Part shown: positions 1 through 12,666 of the stretch, piece after piece
Numbering within the stretch: the stretch's first letter is position 1
How the letters are laid out: the number at the start of each line of letters is the position of its first letter
NCBI RefSeq assembly: GCF_006345805.1
Contig: NC_043025.1
Location: 3,658,001-3,722,000, forward strand
Length of the DNA stretch: 64,000 nt
DNA from: Octopus sinensis
Taxonomy: Eukaryota
Direction of reading: 5' to 3'
Made by a program: the position numbers and the translations under genes
The notes under the pieces: generated by a model
The model's input: the letters and a program-made list of their open reading frames with translations, nothing else
Told to the model about the DNA's origin: nothing
Database searches by the model: none

Positions 1-288
1 AATGAGGATTTGGTGGAGTTCTGCTTTAAGCACCCTAAATAACCCCTCATAAAATTTTGTTTTTTTGGTATTTTCAGAAACTTTCTGCGAATTTATGTTC
101 TACATACGGGAATTCATGCGATTAAGCCAAAATATAAAATGTTTGTGTGATTTAAGGGATATTTAGCTGTTATTTTAGCACTTCTCACGACCACTTGATA
201 CCCTCCTTGTTTCTTTGGCGTTATTCAATATCCTTCTCCCCATAAACACATTTAATGGTCAATTGCTGGGATTTAAACAAAAAATTTG

Positions 289-506
289 GGATCTTTTCGG
301 TTTGAACGGCAGTTTTTAACATAATTTCTAGGTAGGGCGCAGGAGTGGCTGTGTGGTAAGTAGCTTGTTTACCAACCACATGGTTCTGGGTTCAGTCCCA
401 CTGCCTGGCACCTTGGGCAAGTGTCTTCTACTAAAGCCTCGGGCCGACCAAAGCCTTGTGAGTGGATTTGGTAGACGGAAACTGAAAGAAGCCCGTCATA
501 TATATG

Positions 507-560
<54 letters not shown>

Positions 561-1151
561 TGTGTGTATTTGTGTGTCTGTGTTTGTCCCCCTAGCATTG
601 CTTGACAACCGATGCTGGTGTGTTTACATCCCCGTCACTTAGCGGTTCGGCAAAAGAGAACGATAGAATAAGTACTGGGCTTACAAAAGAATAAGTCCGG
701 GGTCGAGTTGCTCGATTAAAGGCAGTGCTCCAGCATGGCCGCAGTCAAATGACTGAAACAAATAAAAGAGTAAAGAGAGTAACTAAAACCTTCTAAACTT
801 TGTATACTGGTAGAATGTGTTTATAAAACATCATTTTCTCTTGGCTTTATTGAGAAAATTCTATGGTTTGTAAGATATTTGTTGTTTTTTTCTTCAATTT
901 CTGCAATTTCAACCCATTAATGACGTCTATTGAGGTGAAAAACATTCTGTGCCGTATGAATATGTCCCTCGTTTAAGAAACAGATTGGGTTTATTTGCAT
1001 TTGTGAAGAAAAGAAGATACCCTTCCCCACACCCCTAACCCTAACCCTAAAACAGATTGAAATGCAATAGATCGATACTAGGGTCATAATTACGGGTGAC
1101 AATTTCATATGACACGGCTAGAAAAAACTGCCGGTCAAACCGAAAAGATCC
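289..1151. mobile_element. MITE with GGATCTTTTCGG TIRs, interrupted by SINE A
   Basis: TIR GGATCTTTTCGGTTTGAACGGCAGTTTTT at 289 and its inverse ending at 1151; internal (CCCTAA)3 at 1033-1050; related copies at 2.7, 13.0, 20.2, 48.2 and 50.3 kb. Confidence 0.8.
336..780 (+). mobile_element. tRNA-derived CORE-type SINE (family A)
   Basis: Pol III A/B-box-like TGGCTGTGTGG and GGTTCAGTCCC; CORE-like ACCTTGGGCAAGTG; internal (TA)n; GAGTAAAA tail; more than 15 copies in the window. Confidence 0.9.
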
Positions 1152-1781
1152 ATTCGCATATTTAAGACACTTAACCCTATGAACGACTCAGCACCCTTAA
1201 TGACGAGGGGGGGGGGGGCATATACTTCTTGAAGTCGGCGGTAGAAATCCATTAGGGGCAGGTAATTAGTAAGCAAATAATAAACCTTGTGGGTCGGCAA
1301 GGTCGAGTATTCTCCCTTTGACCAGTCCCGTGAGCAAGTCCGTTATGAGATGAAGTCGACGAATGCTGCCCTCCCTGCTCTGCTCTCTCTATCATTCCTA
1401 TCCCTTCTCCCTCCCTCCCTCTATATAACCATGTACTCACTAGTCTCTGCCTCCCGCTACAATTATTTTCATACACTGTTGTGTCTGGGAAGTCATTCTC
1501 TTTTAGCGCCTTAACATTCTCACCGGTTCACTTTCATACAATTCTTTAAAATATTTGATTATAAAATGTAATAAGGATATTTGCTTGCTTAGCATCAAAT
1601 GGCTCGATGGGTCCACCTGAGTAAAAGAGGAATGAAAGGGGTCCATAAGCAAAAAACGGGAAAGCACTTTCCTTCGCCCCCCCCTCCCACTACATTGACA
1701 GCATTTCGTAATCACCTGACCTAAACTGACCAATGACAATCCAGTTCTACTTAACCTAGCTAGCTCTCTCTCACAATTTCT

Positions 1782-2370
1782 TACTTTCTTCCACTCCCAC
1801 TCATTCACTCTCTCTCTCTCACAATTTTTTACATTCTCTCATTCACTCTCTCCTTCTCTCACAATTTCTTACTCTCTCTCCCAATTTCCTATTCTCTCTA
1901 ACTTTCTTCCACTCCGACTCATTCACTCTCTCTCACACAATTTTTTACTCTCTCTAACTTTCTCCCACTCGACTCATATACTCTGTCTCTCACAATTTCT
2001 TACTCTCTCTTACTTTCTCCCACTCCCACTCATTCACTCTCTCTATCACAATTTTTTACTTTCTCTCATTCACTCTCTCTCTCCCGATTCTTTCTCTATC
2101 TTACTTTCTCCCACTCATTCACTCTCTCTCTCACAATTTTTTACTTTCTCTCATTCACTCTCTCCTTCTCTCACAATTTCTTACTCTCTCTAACTTTCTC
2201 CCACTCGACTCATATACTCTCTCTCTCTCACAATTTCTTACTCTCTCTTACTTTCTCCCACTCGACTCATTTACTCTGTCTCTCACAATTTCTTACTCTC
2301 TCTTACTTTCTCCCACTCCCTCTCATTCACTTTGCCTCCTTCCCTTCCTCCCTCCCTTTCTCTCTCTATT
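1782..2370. repeat. CT-rich degenerate minisatellite
   Basis: Recurring ctctcacaatttcttactctctc / actttctcccactc units. Confidence 0.9.
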
Positions 2371-2378
2371 CATTGCAG

Positions 2379-2469
2379 TCGCCATTTTCGCTCATTTCCC
2401 AAATACGGTTACCATTAATGTCTATCGAGACACAGGAAGCTTCTTTCCGCCTCCATAGATTCGCATCAA
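2379..2469 (+). other. Candidate non-coding 5' exon of the C2H2 gene
   Basis: Pyrimidine tract + TTGCAG at 2378, YY1-like GTCGCCATTTT at its start, donor-like CAA|GTAGGT at 2470; no transcript evidence. Confidence 0.35.
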
Positions 2470-2741
2470 GTAGGTTTTTTCTTATTTTCTTACATTTAAT
2501 CGTGTTTTCCTTCATCGATATTCTGTTAACTTGTGTTCGATCTGTCATGGATTAACGTAAAATCTCTGAGCAACAACCTTGATCATAGCTCTGCTCAGTC
2601 AGGCATGACCTAGGGTTAAACAACAACAAGACGGAACATCAACGTGGTCGCTTGATCCTCTAGAAATAGTTGTCGTGTTTACCTCAAATTACACGTCTCA
2701 GGGTTGACAATTCAAGATTATATTTAATAATGTCATTTTAG

Positions 2742-3230
2742 GGATCTTTTCGGTTTGAAGGGCAGTTTTTAAAAATAATTTCCACGTAACTAAACACTTT
2801 TAAACTTCGTATTCTGGTAGAATGTGTTTATAAAACATCTTTTTTCTCTTGGTTTTATTGAGAAAATTCTACAGTGTGGAAGATATTTGTTGTTTTTTTT
2901 TATTCAATTTCTGCAATTTCAACCAATCAATGACGTCTATTGAGGTGAAAAAAAATATTCTTTGCCATATGAATATGTCCCTCGTTTAAGAAACAGATTG
3001 GGTTTATTTACATTTCTGAAGAAAAAAATATACCCTTTCCCACACCCCTAACCCTAACCCTTTAAATAGATTGAAATGCAATAGATCGATACTAGGGTCA
3101 TAATTATGGGTGACAATTTCGTATGACGCCGCTAGAAAAAACTGCCGGTCAAACCGAAAAGATCCGATTTTTAAAATAATTTCTTTGTAACTAAACACTA
3201 AAATATTTTAAACTTCGTATACTTGTAGAA
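2742..3230. mobile_element. GGATC-TIR MITE followed by the restart of a second copy
   Basis: TIRs at 2742 and 3165, then GATTTTTAAAATAATTTC re-entering the element body. Confidence 0.8.
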
Positions 3231-3232
3231 TG

Positions 3233-3400
3233 TGCTGGAGCACCGCTTTAATCGAGTAACTCGACCCCGGGACTTATTCTTTTGTAAGCCCAGTACTTAT
3301 TCTATCGGTCTCTTTTGCCGAACCGCTAAGTAACGGGAACATAAACACACCAACATCGGTTGTCAAGCGATGGTGGGAGGACAAACACAGACACACAAAC

Positions 3401-3437
<37 letters not shown>

Positions 3438-3605
3438 CATATATACGACGGGCTTCTTTCAGTTTCCGTCTACCAAATCCACTCACAAGGCATTAGTCGG
3501 AGTGAGGTTATAGAAGACACTTGACCAAAGTGCCATGTAGTGGGACTGAACCCGGAACCATGTGGTTGGTTAGCAAGCTACTTACCACACAGCCACTCCT
3601 ACGCC
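3233..3605 (-). mobile_element. SINE family A
   Basis: Reverse-complement match to 336-780. Confidence 0.9.
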
Positions 3606-3744
3606 GAGACCTTTGGCATTATGCCATGCTTGAGAAGAAGACCCATGAAGCTAAGTAAAGTCATATTCGGGGCAGATACTGGCGTCACGCAGATGGCACG
3701 TAAAAGCACCCATTGCACTCTTGGAGTGGTTGTTGCTGTTGTTA

Positions 3745-4740
3745 TTAAGCAACAAGACGGGTAAGGGTGATTAGGTAATGGTCTAGGGCTTAGGGGCAGG
3801 AGACCCCAGACCTTGGGAAAAAAAAACTTTAGTCGTCTTGTTGTTGTTGAGGGTTCTTCGTTGACCCCCGATACCACTGGGAGGTGGCCCTCGAAGTTGC
3901 TGGAAATGGGGATCTCCATGGCCTAATTCTTGAACGGCTCTTGGAGTGGTTGGTGTTAGGAAGGGCATCCAATTGTAGATACCACTGGAAGGTGGCCCTC
4001 GAAGTTGCTGGAAATGGGGATCTCCATGTCCTAATTCTTGAACGGCTCTTGGAGTGGTTGGTGTTAGGAAGGGCATCCAATTGTAGATACCACTGAGAGG
4101 TGGCCCTCGAAGTCACTGGAAACGGGGATCTCTGGTTCCAAATTCTTGAATGGCTCTTGGAGTAGTTGGTCTTAGGAAGGGCATCCAATTGTAGATACCA
4201 CTGGGAGGTAGCCCTCGAAATCGCTGGAAATGGGGATCGCCGGGTCCAAATTCTTGAATGGCTCTTGGAGTGGTTGGTGTTAGGAAGGGCATCCAATTGT
4301 AGATACCACTGGGAGGTGGCCCTCGAAGTCGCTGGAAACGGGGATCTCTGGTTCCAAATTCTTGAATGGTTCTTGGAGTGGTTGGTGTTAGGAAGGGCAT
4401 CCAATTGTAGATACCACTGGGAGGTGGCCCTCAAAGTTGCTGGAAACGGGGATCTCCGGTTCCAAATTCTTGAATGGCTCTTGGAGTGGTTGGTGTTAGG
4501 AAGGGCATCCAATTGTAGATACCACTGGGAGGTGGCCCTCGAAATCGCTGGAAATGGGGATCGCCGGGTCCAAATTCTTGAATGGCTCTTGGAGTGGTTG
4601 GTGTTAGGAAGGGCATCCAATTGTGGAAACCATGCCAAATGAGACTGGTGTATGGTGCAGCCTTCCAGCTTGCTAGCTCTGGTCAAACCGTCTAATCCAT
4701 GTCAGGATGGACTATGGACGTTAAATGATGATGATGATTG
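3745..4740 (+). mobile_element. Non-autonomous retroelement with an RTE-type 3' end and an internal 108-bp array
   Basis: Unique head from 3745, array 3873-4627, ends GGACGTTAAATGATGATGATG like the RTE 3' end at 57.9 kb. Confidence 0.7.
3873..4627. repeat. Tandem array, 7 x 108 bp
   Basis: ACCACTG marker at 3873, 3981, 4089, 4197, 4305, 4413 and 4521. Confidence 0.95.
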
Positions 4741-4756
4741 TGTGGAGGTTATATAT

Positions 4757-4930
4757 ATTTCTTTACTACCCACAAGGGGGTAAACACAGAGAGGACAAAC
4801 AAGGACAGACAAACGGATTAAGTTGATTATATCGACCCCAGTGCGAAACTGGTACTTTATTTATCGACCGTGAAAGGTAAAGTCGACCTCGGCGGAATTT
4901 GAACACAGAACGTAGCGGCAGACGAAATAC
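4757..4930 (-). mobile_element. tRNA-derived SINE (family B), partial
   Basis: Reverse match to 6076-6310. Confidence 0.85.
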
Positions 4931-5177
4931 ACCAGTCTGATTTGGCATGGTTTCTACAACTGGATGCCCTTCCTAACACCAACCACTCCAAGAGCTGTTC
5001 AAGAATTTGGACCCATTTCCAGCAACTTCGAGGGCCACCTCCCAGTGGTATCAGGCGTCTACGAAGAACCCTCAACTACAACAAGACGACCAAAGTTTTT
5101 TTTCTCCAAGGTCTGGGGTCTCCCGCCCCTAAGCCCTAGACCATTACCTAATCACCCTTACCTGTCTTGTTGCTTAA
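4930..5177 (-). mobile_element. Inverted single-unit copy of the 3745-4740 element
   Basis: Reverse complement of the 3745 head plus one array unit plus part of the tail. Confidence 0.85.
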
Positions 5178-5340
5178 GGAGGTTATATGGGCACAGGTGT
5201 GGCTGTGCAGTAAGAAGCTTGCTTCCCAACAACCTGGTTCAGTCTTACTACGTGGCGCCTTGGGCAAGTGTCTTCTACATGCCTTGGATTGACCAAAGCC
5301 TTGTGAGTGGAAATTGAAAGAAATCCGTCGTATATATATA

Positions 5341-5883
5341 TATCATCATCATCATCACTTAGCGTCCACTTTCCGTGCTAGCATGGGTTGGACGGTTCAA
5401 CTGGGGTCTGGGAAGCCAGAAGGCTGCACCAAGCCCAGTCTGATCTGGCAATGTTTCTACGGCTGGATGCCCTTCCTAACGCCAACCACTCCGTGAGTGT
5501 AGTGGGTGCTTTTTACGTGCCACCGGCACAGGTGCCTGACGGGGCTGGCAAACGGCCACGGTCAGATGGTGCTTTTTACGTGCCACTGGTACAGGGGCCA
5601 GGCGAGGCTAGCAACGGCCACGATCAGATGGTACTTTTTACATGCCACCGGTACAGAGGCCCATCGGGCCGGCGCTGGCAACGGCCACGTTTGGATGGTT
5701 CGCTTACGTACCACCGGCACTGGTATCAGAGCTACAATTTCCATTGATGTTGATCGATTTCGATTCTGATTCTCACTTGCCTCAACAGGTCTTCACAAGT
5801 AGAGTTTTGTGTCCCAAGAAGGAAAAGTATGCATAAGTGGACTGGCTACATCCCAGGTAGAGGCCATGGGTTATGGTCTCACA
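5341..5883 (-). mobile_element. 5'-truncated RTE LINE 3' UTR
   Basis: Reverse match to about 57350-57966, including the unique UTR segment and the (GAT)n tail. Confidence 0.9.
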
Positions 5884-6075
5884 TATATATATATTTAATA
5901 AATGTCAAAATGAATTCCTGTGTTAGTGTGTCACGCTTTGACTTCTTCTCTCATTATTCAATGACACTTCTACTATTCCTCCTGCTGGGGTGAGAGTAAT
6001 AGTAGGCATAGAGACGGCGAGGGCAGTAATAGATTGATGGTTGTGATGGTCATGGGGTGATGTTAATAGTATGAG

Positions 6076-6310
6076 AAGGCGGGGAGCTGGCAGAAACGTT
6101 AGCACGCTGGGCGAAATGCGTAGCCGTATTTCGTCTGACGTTACGTTGTGAGTTCAAATTCCGCTGAGGTCGACTTTACCTTTCATCCTTTCGGGGTCGA
6201 TAAATTAAGTACCAGTTACGCACTGGGGTCGATGTAATCGACTTAATACCTATGTCTGTCCTTGTTTGTCCCCTCTATGTTTAGCCCCTTGTGGGCAATA
6301 AAGAAATAGG
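6076..6310 (+). mobile_element. SINE family B, full length, with 12-bp TSD
   Basis: A/B-box-like TGGCAGAAACG and GAGTTCAAATTCC; central GGTCGACTTTRCCTTTCATCCTTTCGGGGTCGATAAATTAAGTACCAG (resembles the Meta/MESC SINE domain, from recall); TSD TAATAGTATGAG at 6064-6075 and 6311-6322. Confidence 0.9.
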
Positions 6311-6642
6311 TAATAGTATGAGCTGTAGTTGTGATAGAGGTGGAGGCGACGGTGATGACGATGGTGGAGGGGAAGGCAGCAACGTCAAAGGTGTTAATGG
6401 TGGTGGCATCAGAAGTCTGAATGGTGTGTGTATGGCAGTTTTGGTGGTGGTGGTTGAAAACAATCAACAGAAAGAGAAAAAAAGAAACATGTTAGAAAAA
6501 ATTGTACTGACCCCCGAATGGGGGAGACAAAAAATGTTGTTTATCCTGCAGCTTTGCAATAAGCTCCAAGTCGGTAAATTATACCATTGTTTTGATAAAA
6601 ATTGTTCATTGCTTGAAAAATATCGGTCAAGTTTACAAAGAT

Positions 6643-7610
6643 TTAACCCTTTCGTTAGTAACCCGGCTGAAACCACCTCTGACTCTGTAGTACAAATGCC
6701 TTGTTTTCATAAGTTATGAATTAAAATCTTCCACCAAACCTTAATCACAATTTATGTTCCCAACACTAGCTTAATGATAACTAAGTTATTTTACTAAATT
6801 CTTTGTTATATTTAAAATTAATTGAAAGAAACAAAGAGCATCTCAACAGAAATACGGTAACAAAAGGGTTTAAGTCACCATGATATTTTTAACCCTTTCA
6901 ACGCCAACCTGGCTGAAACCACCTCTGGCTCTGTAGTGCAAATGTCTTGTTTTCATAAGTTTTGAATTAAAATCTTCCACGAAACCTTAGTCACAATTTA
7001 TGTTCCTAACACTAGCTTAATGATAACTAAGTTATTTTACTAAATTCTTTGTTATATTTAAAATTAATTGAAAGAAACACAGAGCATCTCAACAGAAATA
7101 CGGTAACAAAAGGGTTTAAGTCACCATGATATTTTTAACCCTTTCAACGCCAACCTGGCTGAAACCACCTCTGGCTCTGTAGTGCAAATGTCTTGTTTTC
7201 ATAAGTTTTGAATTAAAATCTTCCACGAAACCTTAGTCACAATTTATGTTCCTAACACTAGCTTAATGATAACTAAGTTATTTTACTAAATTCTTTGTTA
7301 TATTTAAAATTAATTGAAAGAAACACAGAGCATCTCAACAGAAATACGGTAACAAAAGGGTTTAAGTCACCATGATATTTTTAACCCTTTCAACGCCAAC
7401 CTGGCTGAAACCACCTCTGGCTCTGTAGTGCAAATGTCTTGTTTTCATAAGTTTTGAATTAAAATCTTCCACCAAACCTTAGTCACAATTTATGTTCCTA
7501 ACACTAGCTTAATGATAACTAAGTTATTTTACTAAATTCTTTGTTATATTTAAAAGTAATTGAAAGAAACACAGAGCATCTCAAAATAAATACGGTAACA
7601 AATGGGTTAA
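6643..7610. mobile_element. Tandem array of 4 piggyBac-type MITEs (246-bp period)
   Basis: TTAA + CCCTTT...AAAGGG + TTAA ends; units start at 6647, 6893, 7139 and 7385 with an identical spacer. Confidence 0.85.
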
Positions 7611-8121
7611 TATGTACTTTTAAGCTAGTATATATATGTATGTATGTAAATGTATGTGTGCCACTTGTTTACAGAAGGAAACTATTTCTTCAAGTAGTAA
7701 ATGCCGTCATGAAATCTCATACGATGAGCAAAACTAGCCTTGGACAAACGGACCCTACTTTTGATGTTACACACATTTTCAGGAAGAAAAATGTCAGGGA
7801 TTGAAGTGAATTCTTGTTAACAAAGTACTTGTTTCAAGACAAATTGTTCAGTTCTTCCTCTTTCAAATGCCTTAGAACCATTGGAGATAACTTCTTCTTT
7901 CCAAGCTGATTGATCATCGGGCAACTTTACTTACTTGTGGTGACATTCACCCTGGGCGGGTTGAGTCGGCTTCTTCTACTCATGGAAGAAGTTTCGTGGG
8001 AATATGTGGATTTCACAAGCGGTCCCCAACAATCCCGCATGTGGAGACATCCTGTTTGCCTCAGATTGTCCGCAGACGCAGGGACAGAACGACCGAGGAG
8101 CCGCTGGTTGCCGAAGCAGAT

Positions 8122-8485
8122 ACTCCGAGGATTTTCACCAGAGCCCCGTCTGCTGGGTTGTGGCCCTAATACCACTCGGTGTCAGCCCAATCCACCTTGG
8201 GTGGCCCTACCAGGAGCCGAAGTTCCTGACGGCATAGCTCTGACACTACCCGTTGCCAGCGTCCCCACCACGGTGAGGAGGGGATGGACTTTGGGGACGC
8301 AAACAAACACTCCGAGGATTTTCACCAGAGCCCCGTCTGCCGGGTTGTGGCCCTAATACCACTCGGTGTCAGGCCAATCCACCTTGGGTGGCCCTACCAG
8401 GAGCCGAAGTTCCCGACGGCATAGCTCTGACACTACCTGTTGCCAGCGTCCCCACCACGGTGAGGAGGGGATGGACTTTGGGGAC
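8122..8485. repeat. GC-rich tandem duplication, 187-bp period
   Basis: ACTCCGAGGATTTTCACCAG at 8122 and 8309; both copies end GGACTTTGGGGAC. Confidence 0.9.
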
Positions 8486-8968
8486 TGCTCCCAGTCTTTA
8501 ACATTCGCACTAAGAGCCTTAAGGGTCCTTTTGATGGCATCCCTAAAATGTTTCTTAGATTTATGTCTTGGACTTTTACCATCTTACCTAACCCTGACCC
8601 CCTGTAAAGCAACTGCTTAGGTAACATGTACCTGCATCATAGTAAGTGCTCAGCCTAACGCATATATATCATCATCGTCGTCGTTTAACATCCGCTTTCC
8701 ATGCTACCATGGGCTGGACGGTTCAACTGGGGTCTGGGAAGCCAGGAGGCTGCACCAGGCCCAGTCTGATCTGGCAGTGTTTCTACAGCTGGATGCCCTT
8801 CCTAACTCCAATATATATATGTGGTAAGAAACTTGCATCACACCCACATGGTTCCGGGTTCAGTCCCACTGTGGGGCACCTTGGGCAAGTGCCTTCGACT
8901 ATAGCCTCAGGCCGACCAAAGCCTTGTGAGTGGATTTGGTAGACGGAAACTGAAAGAAGTCCATCATA

Positions 8969-9355
8969 GGTGCAGGAGTGGCTGTGTGGTAAGTAGCTTG
9001 CTTACCAACCACATGGTTCCGGGTTCAGTCCCACTGCGTGGCACCTTGGGCAAGTGTCTTCTGCTATAGCCTCGGGCCGACCAATACCTTGTGAGTGGAT
9101 TTGGTAGACGGAGACTGAAAGAAGCCCGTCGTATATATGTATATATATATATATATGTGTGTCTGTGTTTGTCCCACTAGCATTGCTTGACAACCGATGC
9201 TGGTGTGTTTATGTCCCCGTCACCTAGCAGTTCGGCAAAAGAGACCGATAGAATAAGTACTGGGCTTACAAAGAATAAGTCCCGGGTCGAGTTGCCCGAT
9301 TAAAGGCGGTGCTCCAGCATGGCCGCAGTCAAATGACTGAAACAAGTAAAAGAGT
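8969..9355 (+). mobile_element. SINE family A (preceded by a partial head copy at 8818-8965)
   Basis: Match to 336-780. Confidence 0.9.
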
Positions 9356-9758
9356 ATGTATATATCTACAATACATAAAAAATGATAGTGATGATTATTA
9401 TCATAGGAATTTTGTAATATTTCTGCTGTTGTATGTATCTATTGTTAAAGAATTTTCTATCATTTTCACTGTTTCTCTTTTATTTCAGAGTACCAAGCGT
9501 CATTGTTTGGAATTACGGTGGAATAACTTTCTCTGGCTGAGTTTATTAACAAAATTGCCCTTGTTCTCTTTCTGGAACAATATACAGCGCGACTGGAGTC
9601 TGCAACGTATTCACGTATTGACTAAAATCACAGCTGATGAAATATAGCAAATGAAATGTTTGTTATGAATTGTTATGAATTGTTATGAATAGAACACATA
9701 ACCAGAAATAAGAAAGATATCACTGAATCGTATTGAGAGAGAGCGAGAGAGAGAGAAC

Positions 9759-12104
9759 ATGGATAATGAATTGTGTGGGGAGAAAGTTAAATGTGAGCAA
9801 GAATCAGACAGGGGGGATTTTCCAGATGAGACACCGAAAAATACAGAAGAGCCATCGTTTCCCTGTGAGGTTTGTAACAAGACATTTAATCAGAAACGTA
9901 AACTTACTATACATAAGCGATCCCATGCAGGAGAGAGACCATATCACTGTGATATCTGTGGCAGAACGTTCTCTAAAGCTGGCCACTTGAGCAGACACAA
10001 ATATAGTCATACAGGAGAGAAACCATATCACTGTGATATTTGTGGTAAATCATTTTTTGAAAGAAGTTCTTTAAATAATCATGCGTGTGTCAATGCAGAA
10101 AAGAGATCATATCAGTGTGATATCTGCGGTAAATCATTCTCTACGGCAAGTCATTTAACTACACACAAGCGGACTCACACAGGGGAGAGGCCCTACCCAT
10201 GTGATATCTGTGGCAAAGCGTTCTCTAAAACTAGCCACTTGAGCAGACACAAATATATTCATACAGGAGAGAAGCCGTATGAGTGTGATATCTGTGGTAA
10301 ATTATTTACGGTGATAAGTAATTTGAGTAGGCATAAACGTATTCATACGGGAGAGAAACCACATCACTGTGATATCTGTGGAAAGTCTTTCTCTGAAGGA
10401 AGCAACTTAACCAGACATATACGTATTCATACGGGAGAGAAGCCATATCACTGCGATATCTGTGGTAAATCATTCACCACAGATGGTGACTTAACTCGAC
10501 ACAAACGTATTCATACAGGGGAGAAACCATATCACTGTGATATCTGTGGTAAATCTTACTCTCAGAATTATGACTTAACTGTACACAGACGTATTCATAC
10601 AGGGGAGAAGCCATATCACTGTAATACTTGTGGTAAGGCCTTTACTCAGAATCATGATTTAACTATACACGAACATATTCATACAGGTGAGAAACCATAT
10701 CACTGTGATATCTGTGGTAAGGTGTTCACCGTAGTAAGCAACTTAACCAGACACAAACGCATTCATACAGGCGAGAAACCATATCATTGTGATATCTGTG
10801 GTAAATCGTTCTCTCAGAATTATCAGTTAACTAGCCATATATACGTTCATACAGGAGAGAAACCATATCATTGTGATATCTGTGGTAAATCATACCCTGA
10901 AGGAAGCACCTTAAATAAGCACAGACGTATTCATACAGGTGAGAAACCATATCATTGTGCTATCTGTGGTAAATCATTCTCACAATTAAGTTACTTAACT
11001 CGACACAAATACAGTCACACAGGAGAGAAGCCATATCGCTGTGATATCTGTGGTAAATCTATGTCCTCACTAACCAACCTAACTAACCACAGGCACATTC
11101 ATACAGGAGAAAAACCATATCAGTGTGATATCTGTGGTAAATCTTTTTCCGATGGGAGTCACTTGGCTGGGCACAAACGCATTCATACAGGAGAGAAACC
11201 GTATCCATGTGATATCTGTGGTAAATCATTCTCTGAAAGAAGTAACCTGACTAAACACAAACGTGTTCATACAGGAGAGAAACCACATCAGTGTGATATC
11301 TGTGGTAGATCTTTCTCTCAGAAAATTCACTTAACTACTCACAAATACATGCATACAGGTGAGAAGCCATATCCATGTGATATCTGTGGCAGATCTTTCT
11401 CATCTGGAAGTCACTTAACTAAGCATTATCGTATTCACACAGGAGAAAAACCATATCAGTGTGACATCTGCGGTAAAGCTTTCTCCAGACGCAGTACCTT
11501 GATTTCGCATAAATACATCCATACAGGTGAAAAGCCAAATCACAGTGATAAATCGTCGTCTGTGAGAAATGCCTTAACTGAGTATAAACAAATCCATACA
11601 AGAGAGAAACCGTATCCGTGTGATATCTGTGGTAAATCATTCTCCGCAAGAAGCCATTTGACTATACACAAACGTGTTCACACAGGAGAGAAGCCATATC
11701 ACTGTGATATCTGTGGTAAATCGTTTTCTGTAAGCAACCATTTAACGAAACACAAGCGTATCCATACGGGCGAGAAACCCTATCATTGCGATATCTGTGG
11801 TAAATCATTCTGTGAAGGAAGTAGCTTAACGAAGCACAAGCGTGTTCACACAGGTGAGAAACCATATCACTGTGATATCTGTGGTAAATCTTTCTCACAG
11901 TTATGGCATCTGACTACACACAGACATGTTCACACGGGGGAGAAACCATATCACTGTGATATCTGTGGTAAAGCATTCTCACGCTTGTGGAACTTAACGA
12001 CTCACAAACGTATTCATAGACGAGAGATAGCATATCCTTCTGATGTCCTGGAGGAATCATTCTCCATAAACCAACTTGATGAACAGAACAATCACACTGG
12101 ATAA
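9759..12104 (+). CDS. Poly-C2H2 (Kruppel-type) zinc-finger protein, 781 aa, no KRAB/SCAN/BTB domain visible
   Basis: 27 repeat units of the [28 protein letters not shown] type; 24 canonical, units 3, 21 and 27 degenerate; acceptor-like TTTCAG at 9488 upstream. Confidence 0.97.
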   Translation: MDNELCGEKVKCEQESDRGDFPDETPKNTEEPSFPCEVCNKTFNQKRKLTIHKRSHAGERPYHCDICGRTFSKAGHLSRHKYSHTGEKPYHCDICGKSFFERSSLNNHACVNAEKRSYQCDICGKSFSTASHLTTHKRTHTGERPYPCDICGKAFSKTSHLSRHKYIHTGEKPYECDICGKLFTVISNLSRHKRIHTGEKPHHCDICGKSFSEGSNLTRHIRIHTGEKPYHCDICGKSFTTDGDLTRHKRIHTGEKPYHCDICGKSYSQNYDLTVHRRIHTGEKPYHCNTCGKAFTQNHDLTIHEHIHTGEKPYHCDICGKVFTVVSNLTRHKRIHTGEKPYHCDICGKSFSQNYQLTSHIYVHTGEKPYHCDICGKSYPEGSTLNKHRRIHTGEKPYHCAICGKSFSQLSYLTRHKYSHTGEKPYRCDICGKSMSSLTNLTNHRHIHTGEKPYQCDICGKSFSDGSHLAGHKRIHTGEKPYPCDICGKSFSERSNLTKHKRVHTGEKPHQCDICGRSFSQKIHLTTHKYMHTGEKPYPCDICGRSFSSGSHLTKHYRIHTGEKPYQCDICGKAFSRRSTLISHKYIHTGEKPNHSDKSSSVRNALTEYKQIHTREKPYPCDICGKSFSARSHLTIHKRVHTGEKPYHCDICGKSFSVSNHLTKHKRIHTGEKPYHCDICGKSFCEGSSLTKHKRVHTGEKPYHCDICGKSFSQLWHLTTHRHVHTGEKPYHCDICGKAFSRLWNLTTHKRIHRREIAYPSDVLEESFSINQLDEQNNHTG

Positions 12105-12155
12105 AAAAAAAAACAGAACTCAGAACGATATCTGTGATAGCTCATTCTCTCTCTC

Positions 12156-12629
12156 TTAACCCTTTCGTTACTGTATTTATTTTGAGATGTTCTTTGTTTC
12201 TTTCAATTACTTAAAATATAACAAAGAATTTAGTAAAATAACTTGGTTATCATTCAGCTAGTGTTAGGAACATAAATTGTGACTAAGGTTTGGTGGAAAA
12301 TTTTAATTCAAAACTTATGAAAACAAGGCATTTGTACTACAGAACCAGAGGCGGTTTCAGTGGGGTTGGTAACAAAAGGGTTAAAAATATCATGGTGACT
12401 TTAAGCCTTTTGTTACCATATTTCTGTTGAGATGCTCTGTGTTTCTTTCAATTAATTTTAAATATAACAAAGAATTTAGTAAAATAACTTTGTTATTATT
12501 AAGCTAGTTTTAGGAACATAAATTGTGACTAAGTTTTGGTGGAAGATTTTAATTCAGAACTTTTGAAAACAAGACATTTGTACTCAGAACCAGAGCCGGT
12601 TTCAGCCGGGTTGGTAACGAAAGGGTTAA
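12156..12629. mobile_element. piggyBac-type MITE dimer
   Basis: TTAA-CCCTTT ends; two units, opposite orientation to the 6643 array, same spacer. Confidence 0.85.
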
Positions 12630-12666
12630 AAAAATAAAAAAGAGGAAGATTATTGACTATGTAGAC

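Noticed and set aside
1033-1050. Telomere or chromosome-fusion scar
   Set aside because: Only 2-3 TTAGGG units, always at the same position inside the GGATC-TIR MITE.
3829-4686. 285-aa and other repeat ORFs as proteins
   Set aside because: Frames stay open only because the unit is 108 bp (a multiple of 3); several frames on both strands are open and there is no domain signature.
7910-8356. 148-aa ORF as a gene
   Set aside because: Non-ATG start, overlaps a tandem duplication, no recognisable domain.
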